A stretch of DNA of 62,970 nt, the filler included, from Lenisia limosa (taxonomy: Eukaryota > Protista > Breviatea): assembly GCA_001655205.1 (NCBI GenBank). It is 11 parts of 11 records of this genome, joined end to end, with 100 filler letters (N's around TTAATTAATTAA, not from the genome) between each part and the next. Parts side by side here need not be neighbours in the genome. Positions count along the whole stretch, not along the records: positions 36,406 to 37,706 come from LPNZ01005518.1; positions 37,807 to 39,850 come from LPNZ01004475.1; positions 39,951 to 55,381 come from LPNZ01004301.1; 8 more parts are not named here. The stretch is one strand, 5' to 3'. How positions within the stretch are numbered: position 1 is the first letter of the stretch; the number at the start of each line of letters is the position of its first letter. Positions 36,896 to 48,482 of the stretch are shown here, piece by piece. The notes below the pieces were generated by a model. That model did no database searches. It was not told the DNA's origin and saw only the letters and a program-made list of their open reading frames with translations. A program made the position numbers and the translations under genes.

Positions 36896-39850
36896 CTATG
36901 CTGACTGTGTCATCTGCAGCCTTGCTATCCGCTGGAAAGGTCATTCATTTGTGAGATATAAGTGAATACGAAAGAGACTAACATAAATGGGAGNNNNNNN
37001 NNNNNNNNNNNNNNNNNNNNNNNNNNNNNNNNNNNNNNNNNNNNNNNNNNNNNNNNNNNNNNNNNNNNNNNNNNNNNNNNNGATTTGCTGATGATTTCCC
37101 AAGGAAAATCGGTTAGGACTTATCCCGGTCACTGACTGTATGTATCGCTTTGAAACCCCCCTTCCCACCTTTTGAAGTTTGGAGTTGTCTGTTCTCAATT
37201 TGGCAATTTTCTCCTGAGGTGTGAGTGTTGGAAAGCCTCACGGAATTTCAGGCGAAACAAGTGCACAGTATAGTATATATGCATATGATATATACATAGT
37301 ATTATATGTCAGGCTGAAGCCGTCCACACCATCACGATAAGTGTACTGATACCGAATAATGGTACGACCCAAAAAGTATTGTCCAGTTTGTAAGAATTCA
37401 CTTCGGTCCAAAACAATAATGAGCTCGTGACGTGACAAACTTCGATTACAAGTAGGGCTTCACTTCGGTTCGAAAAAAGACTGAATTTCTCGATAATATA
37501 GATATTTTACCAGTATTTTTCAACCCTCAGTGAAGCTCTAATTAAAGTCTCAAGTAACCAGTTCAAGGCTGCCAGGCCAACCTTATGGTTTGTCTCTCTC
37601 TCCGCGACGACTTGTTTGAGGCCCTCGATCTCGTTGACTAAGTCGGCTTCGGTGCGGCGATGTTTCCTTGTAGCCGCCTGTGTGGCCTTGTTCGCCACAT
37701 CCACACNNNNNNNNNNNNNNNNNNNNNNNNNNNNNNNNNNNNNNNNNNNNTTAATTAATTAANNNNNNNNNNNNNNNNNNNNNNNNNNNNNNNNNNNNNN
37801 NNNNNNAGTCCCAACAAGGCAACCTCGTCCTGGTCCAGTGACGACGCCGGTGCGTTCCGCCGCCTCTCTTCCTCTACCCAGGTCGCGGCGTCAATTCGCT
37901 CCATTTCGGCTGCCTTCAGAGTGTCCTCGTCATCCATGGCAATGACCTCCTTCTGTGCCTGGTCAAAAAGGGAGTCACACTCGGTCATTAGGCCCTGGCG
38001 CCACTGAACGTTGCGTCGACGCAAGGATGCGGGAGACGGCTCCGGGGGCTTTTCTGACACCCGGGTATCGTGCGAAAACTCTGACATGATAGACACGTCA
38101 GCCTCGGACTCTTCAGCAAGGGTTGGGAATTGCGACCTGGCAACTGTCCGTTCGTCATGGATGTCGTCAAGAGTGGTCATTGTAGAATATCGCGTAGGCG
38201 CCTCGCGTGTCTCCTCTTGATGCTGGGCAAAACTCTGACTCTGCGTTCCATTTGACGCTTCCGACGGGACAGTTTCGTGAACAGACTCGTCAAGATCGGA
38301 TAAACTCTCAAACACTCTTTCTGAGACAACCCGTGGCTCCTCCATTCCGAAGTGGTCAGAAACCACGCTTGGCGCCATGCTGTGCGCACTACGCGCGGAG
38401 GGCGAGAGCTGTGGTAGAGATGCATCGGGGTACTTCGGGGCGACTGCCAGCATGTTCAAAGACGGCACGGGAGTACTTATGGGGGTGTTGTCTAAGTGGT
38501 TAAATGGGTGGAGATTTACGAATAGAGAGAAGCTAGGGTCATGCAAGTTAAATCAAAAATTAAAATTATTGTGATTCTAAAATTCGTTTCTCAGTTTCAC
38601 ATTATTTAGTACACTATAAATACAAGTAATATAAACCCCCAAAAATACGCAATCCACATACCAGGGGAATGCGTATTCGGGATCCCAAAAACAGTTGGGA
38701 TTGGAGGTTGGGAGGCAGTTGAATTGGAGGGGGAGTAGACGGCAATATCCGGCTGGGCTTCCGCTTCCGATCCGATACGTTCCGAACCATTCAGCTCCGA
38801 AACCGAAAGAGACACCTCACTGATGGAATTCTCCAGTGCAGCAGGCTCCACAGGTTGTTCAGGGGCTTTGTCCGATTCTTCAGTGACACCCTTTTGATCT
38901 TCTGGAGAGGCGGGGGTCATTTCTGCCTCTTTTGGAGTGGACGTATCGTCTTGCTCCGTCTTATCCTCTTGTTCCTTCGTGAGACTGGCAGCAATGGATT
39001 GGGATGCGGGACTTGTGGGCTCTGTGTTAGCTTTGTGGTTCAGGTTCTCAGGACTCCTTGGTTCGCTGGCAGGTTCGGGTAGGGATGGCGTGACTGATTT
39101 AACTGATCTGACAGATCTGGTAGAGGGAGGGGGGGATGCAGGTTTCGGGGCCGGTTCAGGGAGGGGCTTTCCTTTTTTGGCAACTTCCTTTTTAGGTTTA
39201 GCTCGTTCTCGCCTTTTGGAATCCGTTAACGAAGCATATTGAGGTGGTGCACTTTCAACCTGCCTTACTGGTACAGAGTTAGCCCTTTGTCTTCCTTGGG
39301 CCTTCTTCGGCAGCCGAGTTAACTCCACAGGGTCAGCAGCGGATGGCGGCGCACTACTCCGATCTTTTGATCTCACGGGCCCTTGGGTATTGCTGGGCAT
39401 TTGGGAAGATTCGGGCCGGGTTTCTCTGGATGGAACCTCAGCCTGCTCATGAGAGGAGTACATTGCGGTGGCGGAGGGGAATGGGAAACTCGAACTGGGA
39501 GTGGCTTTCTTTGGCTTGGTTTGAAGAACCACATCGGCCGGTGGCGTGTTCTGCGTGACTCTCGAGGTCAGCTCAGAGGTATCACGGCGTGGGGAGCTAT
39601 GGTTACGTGCTACTTTTCTGTCAAGTCGGCCATTTCTGTCATTTCTATCAATATGAATGGGGGTATATCGTCGGTCATTGTTCAGTAGGGCTGGAGGGGT
39701 GACTCTCGGGACCCGGGGTTGTTCAAGGAGGGGGCGATGGGGTGGATTTCGATTGAGCAATTCCCGTGCCGCCAGGGGGGTGGTGGAAAGATCCGGCTCC
39801 TGTCTGCGCGCGAGGCGTGTGGGCGAAACGTGTGAGGGACCATCCAGGAC
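36896..39850 (-). CDS. Partial P/S/E/R-rich low-complexity protein with a C-terminal coiled coil
   Basis: Long open exons at 38640-39850 and 37807-38500, then DLVNEIEGLKQVVAERE, EKIAKLRTDNSKLQK and RIARLQMTQSA with TAG at 36896. Spans the linker at 37751. Confidence 0.65.
37082..37138. mobile_element. Tc1/mariner-type MITE family B, copy 4 (cut by an N gap)
   Basis: GATTTCCCAAGGAAAATCGGTTAGGACTTATCCCGGTCACTG. Confidence 0.7.
37453..37540. mobile_element. hAT-type MITE family A copy (intronic)
   Basis: TAGGGCTTCACTTCGGTTCGAAAA...CAGTGAAGCTCTA; flanks ATTACAAG / ATTAAAG. Confidence 0.85.
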
Positions 39851-40048
39851 NNNNNNNNNNNNNNNNNNNNNNNNNNNNNNNNNNNNNNNNNNNNTTAATT
39901 AATTAANNNNNNNNNNNNNNNNNNNNNNNNNNNNNNNNNNNNNNNNNNNNTATGAGACGAACATGAGATAAAAAACGCCAGCTGGGAGAAATATTACCAA
40001 ATACTCTTGGGAGTACAATCACCCTTGTTAACAACCCTAGGTGTCTGC

Positions 40049-41947
40049 CCTCCCAGGACCCTCCGAAAGCGAAATCAAAGAAACACAAGCCAAACTTGAG
40101 CAGGTGTGTATTGGCCTCGTCTCTCTTGGCAAAGTACATGATTAACACTCATGTTGATAACCCTTGACTCCTTGGGTGATATTATCGCTTTCTGCTTTTG
40201 TTTTTGTTTTGTCCCATTCTGTCATCTAGCTCTGAAGTATTATGTTCCTCAGTATTCATGTTGTAGATTCCTATTCTGGAAAGCCGAGTTTCAGAGCTTA
40301 CAGAAGAGACCGCCCAAATGCAAGAGGAGGCAAAAAAGAAAAAATCACTCATTGAAGAACACACGAACAAAATCCACGAGGTATACCAAAATGCTTAAGA
40401 GCGTGTGTAGTTGATGTTTTTATGGTTAATTCATAGCTTCCCTGTTAACCAGTTTAGATTGAGACCAGCAACGCGGAGGAGGTCAGGCAGCTCACAGAAG
40501 CACGTGACACCCTTCAGCTGTCAGAAGCAAGCCTCCAAAGCAATGTCCAGAGCCTCGAGGCCAAGGTTGATGAGCTTGAGAAGAGAAACACGGAACTGAA
40601 GGAAAGTAAGCTGGCAGAAGCTTCAGACGAACAGAAGGTGGATGAGGCCAGGGAGGAACTGGTTAAGAAGAGGGCTGAGTTGGAGGAGGAGGTGAAGACT
40701 CTTCAAGAAGAAAAGGAAAGTGTCACAAATCAACAGAAGAAGAATGAAGAAGAAGCAAGCAAGTTAGAAGAAGAAAAGAAGAAAATGGAAGAAGAAAAAA
40801 CTAAATTGCAAGAAGAAAAGGAGGAATTGGAAGGAGAAAAGAGCAGAATAGAGGAGGTGAAGAAGACGATGGAAGAGGAAAAGAATGGAATTGCTGAAGA
40901 GAAAATGAAGTTGGAGCAAGAAAAGGAGGAGGTTGAAAATCTTCAGAAGGAGCTGACAGAAGAAAAGATACAAGAAGACAAGAAGGCCCTCGGAGATGCT
41001 GAAGTCTTGTTAAAGGAGGATTCAGCAACGGTTGCGCAAGAGAAGGCCGAGTTGGAGGCCACTAAAGTAGAGAAGGAGGAAGAGAAGGTTGAAGAGAAGG
41101 TTGAAGAGATTGAAGAAGAGAAGGAAGAAGAACAGGCTAAGATGAAGGAAGACCAGGAGAATGCTACTGAAGCTGATGAAAAGACCAAGTTTGAAGAAGA
41201 AAAGGCAAAACTGGCTGAAGAGAGGAAGCAATTTGAGGAAGAGAAGCAGAAGTTTGAAGAGGAGAAGAAGGAGTTCATGGTGGCACGGAGAGTGTCAGTT
41301 GACACACCGCCTTCCAAGGTTTGTTCTGGTTCTCGTTTGTTATATTCATATTATTGGGGTGGCAAGTTTGTTCCAGATTTTTGTTTTTGATCATCAATAA
41401 ACAGTGACCGTTGGATACAAAATTATCAGAGGAAGATTTCTGACTTTTGTAGCGTCCTGTCCCGCGTATGGAGGGCTACATCACAAACGGTAAGTCCGCC
41501 ACATCTGAACCGAAAATGACCAGAAGAGTATTGTATTATAAAATAAATGGACTTCATCATACACAACCATTTACCATCATTGGATACCCTCTTGAACTGT
41601 CGACTTTCTGACCCCATAGCTTCCCCCCTGCGGCCGCCCAGTAAGAACGAAACGCTGCCGGAGGACGCCCCCGAATGGATGGTCACCTTGGAGGTGAGTG
41701 GCCAATGTTGTCCATACCGAAAGATTCCAACTTAATCTGTTTAGCAATGCTGTGGCAAGGCAGATAAAGAAAGCCGAAGAAGAGTGGGGGGCTCAGTGTT
41801 TCTGACAAATCTAATATGGGTGTAATACCGACATTGACCTTTTCAGGTTCAAGAAGTCCGCGACTCGGTTAATCCTTCAGGCCTCACTTTCGCTCAGAAA
41901 ACTTTCCTCTATTCACATCTTTCTTAGTTTCGTTTTATTTAATATGT
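40049..41947 (+). CDS. Partial Glu/Lys-rich long coiled-coil protein
   Basis: Phase-compatible exons VSALPGPSESEIKETQAKLEQ and IPILESRVSELTEE..., an 860-nt exon at 40459-41318 (EEEKKKMEEEK repeats), then RPVPRMEGYITN|ASPLRPPSK. Both ends are uncertain. Confidence 0.7.
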
Positions 41948-42202
41948 AGTCCCCCTCCCCCATGCAAGGTGAAATAACGGGTACAATATCTCTTANNNNN
42001 NNNNNNNNNNNNNNNNNNNNNNNNNNNNNNNNNNNNNNNNNNNNNNNNNNNNNNNNNNNNNNNNNNNNNNNNNNNNNNNNNNNNNNNNNNNNNNNNNNNN
42101 NNNNNNNNNNNNNNNNNNNNNNNNCCTCTTGAAAAAGCCCCCTTAGATTGAAAGGATGTATTTACAAGGTTTAAAGGTACAAGGGGGCACAATCCTCCGC
42201 CT

Positions 42203-45200
42203 TCACGAAGGTTGCCCCGTCCCAGGTCTAAAACAGTGAGACGTTTCTGCCCAATTCCCCATTATGGAATCATTCTTCGACCCGCATACATCAAGGGGAC
42301 TATCTACTAAGGATAAGATGCGGGAACGAAGGTCGCGAGAAATCCCGTCCTCTTCGTATCTGAAGGGCATTAGACGGGGTTTTTTGCGGATTTGTACGTA
42401 ACAGTAAAGGCAGAACCGACTTTTTATCGAAGTCATTTAGTGCCGAGAGGGCAGACTTGAGAGCAACCTGAGTGCCCTGCCAATAGGTCTGCGGAATTAA
42501 AGCAACGGAACAGAAACTACAGGAGAAAACTCTATTGGAGGAACAAAGTGACCCCCCCTCCACCGAGAGTATGGCGTTGAACATCTGAACCTTGACCCCA
42601 TTAGCTTTGGTGGATTCCTTAATGCAGCTATGCAGCTCAGAAGCCAATACTCGGGTCTGTATACTTGCAAACTATGGGGTCATGATGACAAAGCCCCGAA
42701 CATAGTATATTATTATCATACTATTCATCTAGTATGGATGTATATGTATACCAACAGGAGAGAATATAGACAACTGCAACTGCAATAATGGCTTTATTTC
42801 AATCCCAAAAAGACTTTTTCTCGAGCCACATTTCAGTCATTTACATAGGAGTGGTCCCGCAGAAAGTGACCTACTTTGAACTTGTCAATGGTTCGATAGT
42901 GGTAGGCGCTTTCAGTGGCCATACGCACATCACCATTCACCAAAATGGACGTCTATGGAATGTGTGAGATGCAGAGAGCAACGGGTGAGGAGAACAGCGT
43001 GGTATCATGTTTGAATCTTATTACATATTATATCCCATTCACAGTCGGAAAGGTTCCAATTCAAAGGCAATAGCTGCCACCAACTGACAAAATCTCACAC
43101 ATTGAATTTCCTGTTGAGGTTGCTGAGGTTTGACGCGACAGACATAATGTCTCCAAGCATGGTGTACCTTGTGTGCTCGCCACTTCCCTTATCAGTCAAT
43201 TGAGGAATCCGTCCACCTTCATGATTTAAACGATATGCTATAGAGTATTCTCTCATTGACACAAATTGTATCCTCCCCTCCTAACGATGTTGCCATGCAT
43301 AACTTGGCCTGTTGCAATTCCCATCATGATCTGCTTGGGGTTAGATGCGAAAATGATTTTAACAATAACTATGATTTGTCTTGAAAAGATTCCACATTCA
43401 ATTTATCACTTATTTGATGACCAAGACAGAGTACGTCACTCACTCTGAGACCCAATGAAGTACCGACGTATCTCATACACTCCACTGCAACATCACAACA
43501 GTTGGTTGCGTGTGTCTGAATTGTTAACATTTTTGTGATCCTTGGAAGGACGTTCCAACACAACTACATATATCAGACTCAGATTCACCCCACAAACTTG
43601 AACTGGGATAATGGAGTTCCATGCGGCGAGAACCACTGGGCCAATAACCTCCAAAACCTGATCTTATGAATTATGTTCACATAGGTCACATATCCCACTC
43701 CCAGCTGAATCCCCAAATAGTCTTGATACTGCTACTGATATCTAACCTTATTGTTGTATTAGACTATCATAAAATAGTAATATATTATGTGTTTTGCATG
43801 TGAGAGGTGACCTAATACACCCACGGTGCCGCGACCTGTTTCGATTTCGCCCGTGACGTAATCAATAGCGGCCAAGAGTAACGACATATCTCTGGCTCGG
43901 TCTGCTGTCATGATGGGAGAGAAAGGGCATAAATAACAAATGCCAATAAATAGATAAGTCCAACAAACCGTTTGACAATTGGTCAATGACAATTTCACAA
44001 GACAGAACCGTGACCCTCCTTGTCCCCATCTCTTTTACCACTTCACCATCGTTGTCCTTCAGTATCTATACACTCAGAACCTCATTTTGACATATTGCTT
44101 CCAGCTCCAATAAGGGAATGTTTGTGTGCCAAAGAGGAAAAATTTAATTATGGAGGACCATTAACAATACAAACACAACCCTGAGCCAATAGTGTGTCCA
44201 GCTTACCAAAGCAGTTGGCTGAGTTTCATAAGATCTTCTGACTTTTTCTATCAAGGCATCACATTGGTCATTAAGTACATTCAACTCAACAAGACGACTG
44301 TGTGCAGGTTTACTGAAGAGGTAAGATAACTGTTACCCTGCGACCTCAATAAAACCAAGTAGACATCACAATTTATCAGGCCTGTGACTAGGGCTTCACT
44401 TCGGTTCGAAAAATTCCGGTAAAATATCGATAATTTTCGAAGATTAAAGGCTCATACAAGGGTGAAACCTACGGGGGTATTGGTTTGCCATTTAGGGCAG
44501 CGAGCAGACGATTGTGCATCTTCTTGGCGGGATTGCCGATCCTGGAAGATAAGCCGAATGAAGCGGTTATACTATGTAATTGTTAATAGTGGGCTTTTAG
44601 ACACAAAATCCCAATTCTATTTCTGTCACCCGTTATAATCTTGTAATATCGATAATAAGATAAATAATCAGCCTACATAACTTGGACCATAACAGCAGCG
44701 AGTATCGAGCAGAGCAGTGTTACGAATCCTAGTGGGTAAAGAGCACTCGTTGCAGGGGGACGTACCTGTAATGAAATAACTTCTCATTAATGATGCGTCA
44801 AGATTGTCCCTGTTCTCCCCAGCCTGAATAAATAATGTCATTGTCATCCATAATTTGGGAATTTACAAGGATTTTTATGATAATGCATTTCAGTCACTTG
44901 ATTATTATTGATCAATAAACAGGTAAGACTCCAACTGACTGTTTCTTTGATTACACTGAAAATGGTATCACGATTGGTGGTTGTGACCAAAAGCCAGTCC
45001 AAGCCAAATGTTGACGGCAACGCTTGGTACTGAAAAGTAATCCTATTGTGTCTTCAGACAAAAAGAGAATTTGCAGTCAAAGGGTTAATTAAACACGTTA
45101 TCAAAGAAAGATTACACAAACCATGATCAGGAGGTTGTCAAATGTCATTAGAGTCTGGATAGTAAAAAAAAGAGTTCGTTTATAATACTCAAAACAACTT

Positions 45201-48159
45201 AAGTTATACTTTTGCGATCTTTTTAGACAAAGTGAAGGCAACGCACCTCCTCTTCCGAGTCCGCTGTCCAGCCACCAAGTTGCTCAAAAACAGCTTCCAA
45301 AGCACGTTTGTGCTCAGTTTCCTCCATTCCTTCAAGCACAGGTGCCTAATGTGGTTAGTGGAAATAAACTTCTGCAAACGTTTCAATTATTATTAAGCAA
45401 ACCTCGAGATGTGAAGGGGTGTGGATTTTTTCAGTAGAAGAAATAATGATTCCGGACGAGCTTATTACGGTTGCGTTACCGTAATACGAATTGTCTGGAA
45501 GAAGGTCCTTCGTTGTGTCAGTGCTTTTGTAAAAAATCGAAACTGCTTCAGTATTTGAAGAACTTATGCAAGGTGTTGCTCTTTTAGAAGATCAAAGCGA
45601 GATTTATTGGGGATGTCAAATTCAGTAAGAATCCAATTAATGCAGAGTATCAGATCAAAAAGGACAAACCAGAACATCAGAAATCATATTTCTGTGCAAA
45701 TGGTTTCCGCAACCTAAAATCGCCTACAAATATGAAGGAAATGTATTTTTTTTTGAAAATCATCCTCATTTAACTTGACAGTATGAAACAAATACAATGA
45801 AGGGGTAGAACGGTGTAATATATTTTTTTAGCATGGAGTTGACTCTATATTCTTCAACAATACCCGAAGTATCCCCAAACCTTCTCGGGACCAGAAGGGT
45901 GACCTAAGTCGAGGGCAACAATAGTAGTCAACGTTATGTAGGCCTTATTATCAAAGAAAACAAGTGGTTCTCTCCACTTCTGCGACACATGAGATTCTGC
46001 TCTACGGAGTCGGCATGTGGTCAAACCTTTTTGGTATGGGAGCTGAACGTATTGTAGAAGAATGAGAAAAGGGTGGGGTCAAATGCCCGGATTTCTTCGT
46101 TGGGACTTGGCCTAAACATTTATTTGCATATTTGTGTATTGATAAATAATTTGCCAGTTTTGATCATCATTATCCTGAAATCTATGGATGCAAAGTAAGT
46201 ACAAACCAGCTTACGTGAGAACATCTGGGAGATAGAAGTTATCTTCATTGATACTGAAAGGAGTTAAATGGTTAGCAAGGATCTGAGGGCAATATTGGCT
46301 GCATGTTGATGATGAAATATCGTCAGCTGAAATGGACAAGTGAAGGTTCGTTGTGTTTGATTCATCCTAAAATCATAACCTGAGATCAGTTATTTTCTTA
46401 CCCAGTCGTAAAAAATCAAGTTTCCTCTCGTATCTGTTAAAAACAGAGATTGTGAGCCAACATGCCGTTTTGACACTCTTAGATAGTAAAATTGGTCATT
46501 TCAATTGCAAGGTAAACGCATTGGACTGACCTGTATCCCGTACGTATTGCATGATCAAGTGATTGCGTTGAAAGGTAGCCAATGGACCAGGAATCCTCCA
46601 TCTCCAACACACAACTTTCAGTATCAGTGGCGTGCCATTTGATGTCATCGTAGAGGAGGGCGTTGAGGGACTGAGTGAGTATTAGTCCTTATTTGCAACA
46701 TTGTTAAGAGCCCTCCTCACAAAAATGAACGTGTGTTTTCGTGTTTTCAACCACCCACGGATATAATTTCACGGGCCAATTCTTCAGCTGCAGACAGACA
46801 CTGTATCTCTGCTTCCTTCTATACAGAATTCAGTATGAAACCTGAACGTGCACCCGAAGTATTATTCTGGATGGAATGACGCACCTCAACATCAACAGCG
46901 GAATTGTACGTGTGACTAATGATCAAATAAGAGGGAATAGCGGAGACCGAGAAGATGATCAAAAAGATAAAGAGGGCAAATGGAATGCCACATTTACTAA
47001 AAAGTGTGAGAGTGCCGTGAGTGCAAGAAGCTACTCACTTGGGGGTATATCGCGTGGTTGACTCGGAGTAATTGTGGTCAGCAATAAACTACAAAATGAA
47101 CATTGGACCTCCATTTGAGAATCACCAATACCCCTATTCATACAGTGGACGTTTCATCGGCTTCGACAAGGGGCTCAGCATCTTCTTCACTACAATTTCA
47201 GTGGCGGAAGTGGAGTAGAGGACCTAAAACTCAAAATGCAAACTACAAAACGCTGAACTTTGCAATGGTAGATGTAGAGTTCCAGAGTAGGCTGATTGAA
47301 CTAAGCAAGCTCTCACCCAAAAGGTGTTCCATGAAATAGACTGAGGCGGAACAATATGTTTGCAACAATATTTATATATCAGAGAGATAGATCATGTCTC
47401 TGATCTTCTGTTCAAACAAACCAACAATAGTCCAAGAAACAGCCCTCCTACTGAAACGCCTGCCACTGCGGAGTGACGCCAAGGCTTGACTTTATTCGGT
47501 CATTGATGTTTACTGGCTAGGAAATCAGTCACCAAGAAGTAGATCACAAATCAACGACAATTAAGAGGAATTGCATCTATTGTCGGAGCCCACTTTTATA
47601 CGGGAGTTCACACTATCTAAACAGTTATTTGAGAGATAAAACATCATAATAACCCGTCCTAATGGTGACCTCATACCTGAGAAGAAGGGTGACTCAGGTC
47701 GCCTTACTGGAATTGGGGTGTCCAGACCAACATCTATCGGAGTGGAAAGCTGCAACGTAAGCGCAAATAGTATGCTCAAGAATAATAATAGAAGCAAATA
47801 AAGGAAAGAAAGATTATTTGTTAACTCCATAGATAAACACTTTAGTCCATGAAAATACTATTAGAATGCACACTAAGCATTCACCTCAAGACCCACAGAT
47901 TCATTCCGAAAACGTCCGCCATTTCTTGGCATGCTAGAAGCAATTAACACTCAGATGAGCGAGAGGTGTCAAAATGACTACACAAAGACAAATCAATCTA
48001 GAAAAGAGATAACTTAAGGGATATTATAGAATTATTACAGTAACATTTGATGAATTTCAAAATCAATATGTTGAGATTAAGTTCTAATTGTGAGGAGCAA
48101 TAAAGGGAAAAGGAGGGGATTGACTTACTAAATATGGTAAGCATCGCCTTGGTGATCAT
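42203..48159 (-). CDS. Receptor-type adenylate/guanylate cyclase-like protein (TM-Cache-like ectodomain-TM-HAMP-class III cyclase) with degenerate catalytic residues
   Basis: TM1 LICLCVVILTPLAHL; Cache-like end FGLDWLLVTT..DTIFSVI; TM2 GFVTLLCSILAAVMVQV; HAMP IGNPAKKMHNRL...SRLVELNVLNDQC; cyclase MSLLLAAID, LEVIGPVVLAAWN, HATNCCDVA, IMMGIATGQVMHGNIV, YTMLGDIMSVASNLSNLN. The start is uncertain (extra ORF at 48198-48452). Confidence 0.7.
44389..44445. mobile_element. hAT-type MITE family A, half copy in an intron of the cyclase-like gene
   Basis: TAGGGCTTCACTTCGGTTCGAAAAATTCCGGTAAAATATCGATAATTTTCGAAGATT, nearly identical to the left half of the 29477 copy. Confidence 0.8.
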
Positions 48160-48482
48160 TGATCTTCAACACCATTGCAAATCACAACAGTTCAACTTCA
48201 AACACCAAAATTTCCGATCCAGTCAGGTGTATTTGTGGCTGAGTAGTGTGGCTGTAGGTCAACAAAAGACGTGATCAAGTCAATGGAAGGGGGAATACGG
48301 ACGAAGGCGAATTGTACCGATCTGACTTCCCCATTATTCTTGATTTCAATAAACAGAAAATTCAACCATTCAACATTCAGGAGTGGAGTGGAGAGCGCGG
48401 GAGACAGTTTTAAAAAAGATATGATATAAACCCTACAGTTCTGTAAAAACAAATGAACTTTTGAGGTGCGCTCCCTTTTGAA

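Noticed and set aside
42230-42340. PDZ-like peptide (SPLW...HQGDYLLRI) on the + strand
   Set aside because: It overlaps the final exon of the - strand cyclase-like gene and has no supporting splice chain.
44900-46100. Decayed hAT transposase suggested by fragments such as ILKQFRFFTKAL and LHCICFIL next to a MITE half
   Set aside because: The same DNA parses into phase-compatible GT-AG exons of the cyclase-like receptor. The transposase-like words need frame changes and cross introns.
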